A DNA stretch of 64,000 nucleotides from Anthoceros angustus (lineage: Eukaryota > Plantae > Anthocerotophyta). Positions 62,201 through 64,000 of this stretch are shown piece after piece. The notes under the pieces were generated by a model. The model was not told the origin of the DNA. It made no database searches and worked only from the letters and a program-made list of their open reading frames with translations. A program made the translations under genes and the position numbers. Where the stretch lies: the NCBI GenBank assembly GCA_010909165.1, contig VJWM01000205.1, positions 62,001-126,000 of the forward strand, given 5' to 3'. The stretch's first letter is position 1. Each line of letters begins with the position of its first letter.

Positions 62201-64000
62201 AGGAAGAATTGAGGACCACGAAGGCAGGAGATAGAGCGGCTCCGGCTACATTGGAGGCGAAGAGGTGGGGCGGCGAAACAAGGAGTAGGGGCGTCGGAAG
62301 GAGAAAGACTTGGATGAAGCAAGGGAGCGGAGTGCGGACCGCCTAGGAAGGAGAGGTGCGAGGTGAGGAGGCATCTTTGGCGGCCTCAAGAGATTCCGGC
62401 TCCGTTGCCGAGCTGCGATAGATGGCGGAGCTTCAAGCAGGATGAATGGTAGGGCAAGAGCTCTAGAAGCGAGCAAAAGTTCTTTGGTCCAGTGCAGGCG
62501 GCGGCGGAAGGAGGCAGCTGCGCCATGGCGTAAGTTGGCGGTGCGAAGCAGGCGGAGGCGGAGCACGCAGCGACCTACTACCAGCTCCTTAAGGCCTTGG
62601 AGGTCCCGTCAAATCGACGGACCTCCGGATGGATCGAGAGGAGGGAGGAGATGAAGGTCCGGGGATAGTCGTGTGGGACCTTAGTAGCGCTATTCGGGGA
62701 CAAGGGCGGGAGGAGCCTCAGGAGGAGTAGGACGAGGCAGACACAACGAGGCATGAGGTAAGCCGGCCGCAACCCTCCAGGGAAGGCAGGGACGAGGGCC
62801 CCGAAGGGGTTGGAGAAGAAATCAGGAGACCCGAGGCCGGTGGGTCCGATGGCGAGACGGACCCCCAGGTGGAGAAGTTCAAGGGCATGTGAGTCCGGAC
62901 CCTGAGGTCCGGACTTCGGAAATAAGACCGGACCCTGAGGTCCGGACTTCGGAAATAAGACCGGACCGAGGTCCGGACTTGAAATAAGACGGACCGAGGT
63001 CCGAACCCAGTCGAGGCTGGACCACGAGGTCCGGACTCGGAATAGGCGGACCAGGTCCGGACTCAGTCGAGGCGGACCCGAGGTCCGGACTCAGTCGAGG
63101 CTGGACCACGAGGTCCGGACTCAGTCAGTGGACCCGAGGTCCGACTCAGTCGAGGCTGGACCCGAGGTCCGGACTCAGTCGAGGCGGACCCGAGGTCCGG
63201 ACTCGGGAGGAGAGGAATCACCACCGACCGCCAAAGTGAGCGTCACCGCTGGTGGTCCCACAGGTGGACCCACTCGGAGGTCGAGAGGACGGAGAGGGGA
63301 TGTGGTGGTTACAGCGGTTGTCGGACCGCCAGAGCTCAACGAGTCTCGGGAAGGAAGGGCCCGCCTCGCGGATCATCGATTAGTGCGCCCTATCGAGAGC
63401 TAGGATTGGGCCACCAGTATGAACCAAGGCACTCCAGCCCCACCGCCAGGCGAGATAGGCGGAATAGAGAATACTAGGTGGCGAGCTAGGGCACATTGGG
63501 CTACCTCGATAGAGTGTAATAAAGACGCCGCCCTTGGGCGTAGTATAAGAGGGCCGGGGCTGCTCTAGTAAAGCATCTTTTTCTTGGGGTGGATACCGCG
63601 TTTCCTTGTAGACCCTTGTGCGTCTTTGCTAACGTGAGTCCTGAGTCATTGGGCAGGCACGACAGCCCCAAAGAGATTGATCAAGGTCCTGGTGACGGAC
63701 CCTAACGTGTGGTGGTGTGTGCAGGGGCGAATGATCAGAGACCCTTGCTCTTCCACAGCCGGGGACCGACGTTGGACGGACCGAAAGCAGCGTGAGCGGT
63801 GGAACTCGGGAGGCGTATGGAGCCGGACGGAGGCATGGTAGAGCGGCGGAGGCGGGCACGGGCAGCCTACTACCAGCTCCTTAAGGCCTTGGAGGTCCCG
63901 TCAAATCGAGCGGACCTCATGGATCGAGAGGAGGGAGGAGATGAAGGTCCGGGGATAGTCGTACTGGGACCTTAGTAGCGCTATTCGGGGACAAGGGCGT

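Larger units (their letters stand above)
53945..64000 (+). mobile_element. Family B: diverged relative of the family A LTR in the opposite orientation; LTR-derived sequence only, repeatedly rearranged, continues beyond the window
   Basis: Starts TGTGG like family A; shares GCCA(A)GGAAAGTAAC, GTATTCACGC, the extra ORF, the CCGG array and the promoter block. No gag/pol motifs were seen in these 10 kb. Confidence 0.85.

Noticed and set aside
22697-64000. Hundreds of 60-240-aa ORFs in the ORF track
   Set aside because: Frameshifted shards or antisense frames of gag-pol and the LTR ORF in GC-rich repeats; not independent genes.

Overview
Eukaryotic nuclear DNA from a land plant, most likely a non-seed lineage (inferred from short GT-AG introns, a two-AUG RpoT leader and the retroelement types; the species cannot be named from sequence alone). 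1-3.5 kb: transposon debris, including a disrupted gene ending in a prokaryote-type beta-class amino (N4C/N6A) DNA methyltransferase domain, a CRE-like non-LTR retrotransposon 3' fragment and GC-rich palindromes. 6.3-19.7 kb: three host genes: malonyl-CoA synthetase AAE13-like (-, one homopolymer frameshift), an intact 19-exon phage-type organellar RNA polymerase RpoT (+) and an F-box/kelch gene (-). 21.7-64 kb: a decayed Pogo/Fot1-type DDE transposase hit by two related Ty3/gypsy LTR families. Family A forms a 30.8-kb LTR-INT-LTR-INT-LTR(partial)-LTR block (22697-53480, - strand) bounded by a single 5-bp target duplication (ATGTC). Family B starts about 460 bp further on (53945, + strand) and runs off the window. 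The PPT, PBS and TSD fix the LTR at about 4.3 kb. That LTR contains a long protein-coding frame conserved between the two families, followed by an array of palindromic CCGG-containing motifs and the promoter block, which is the most unusual system here. Caveat: the repeat copies are full of private 1-3 nt indels and short mosaic junctions typical of unpolished long-read consensus, so copy number and internal rearrangements may be partly assembly artefacts.
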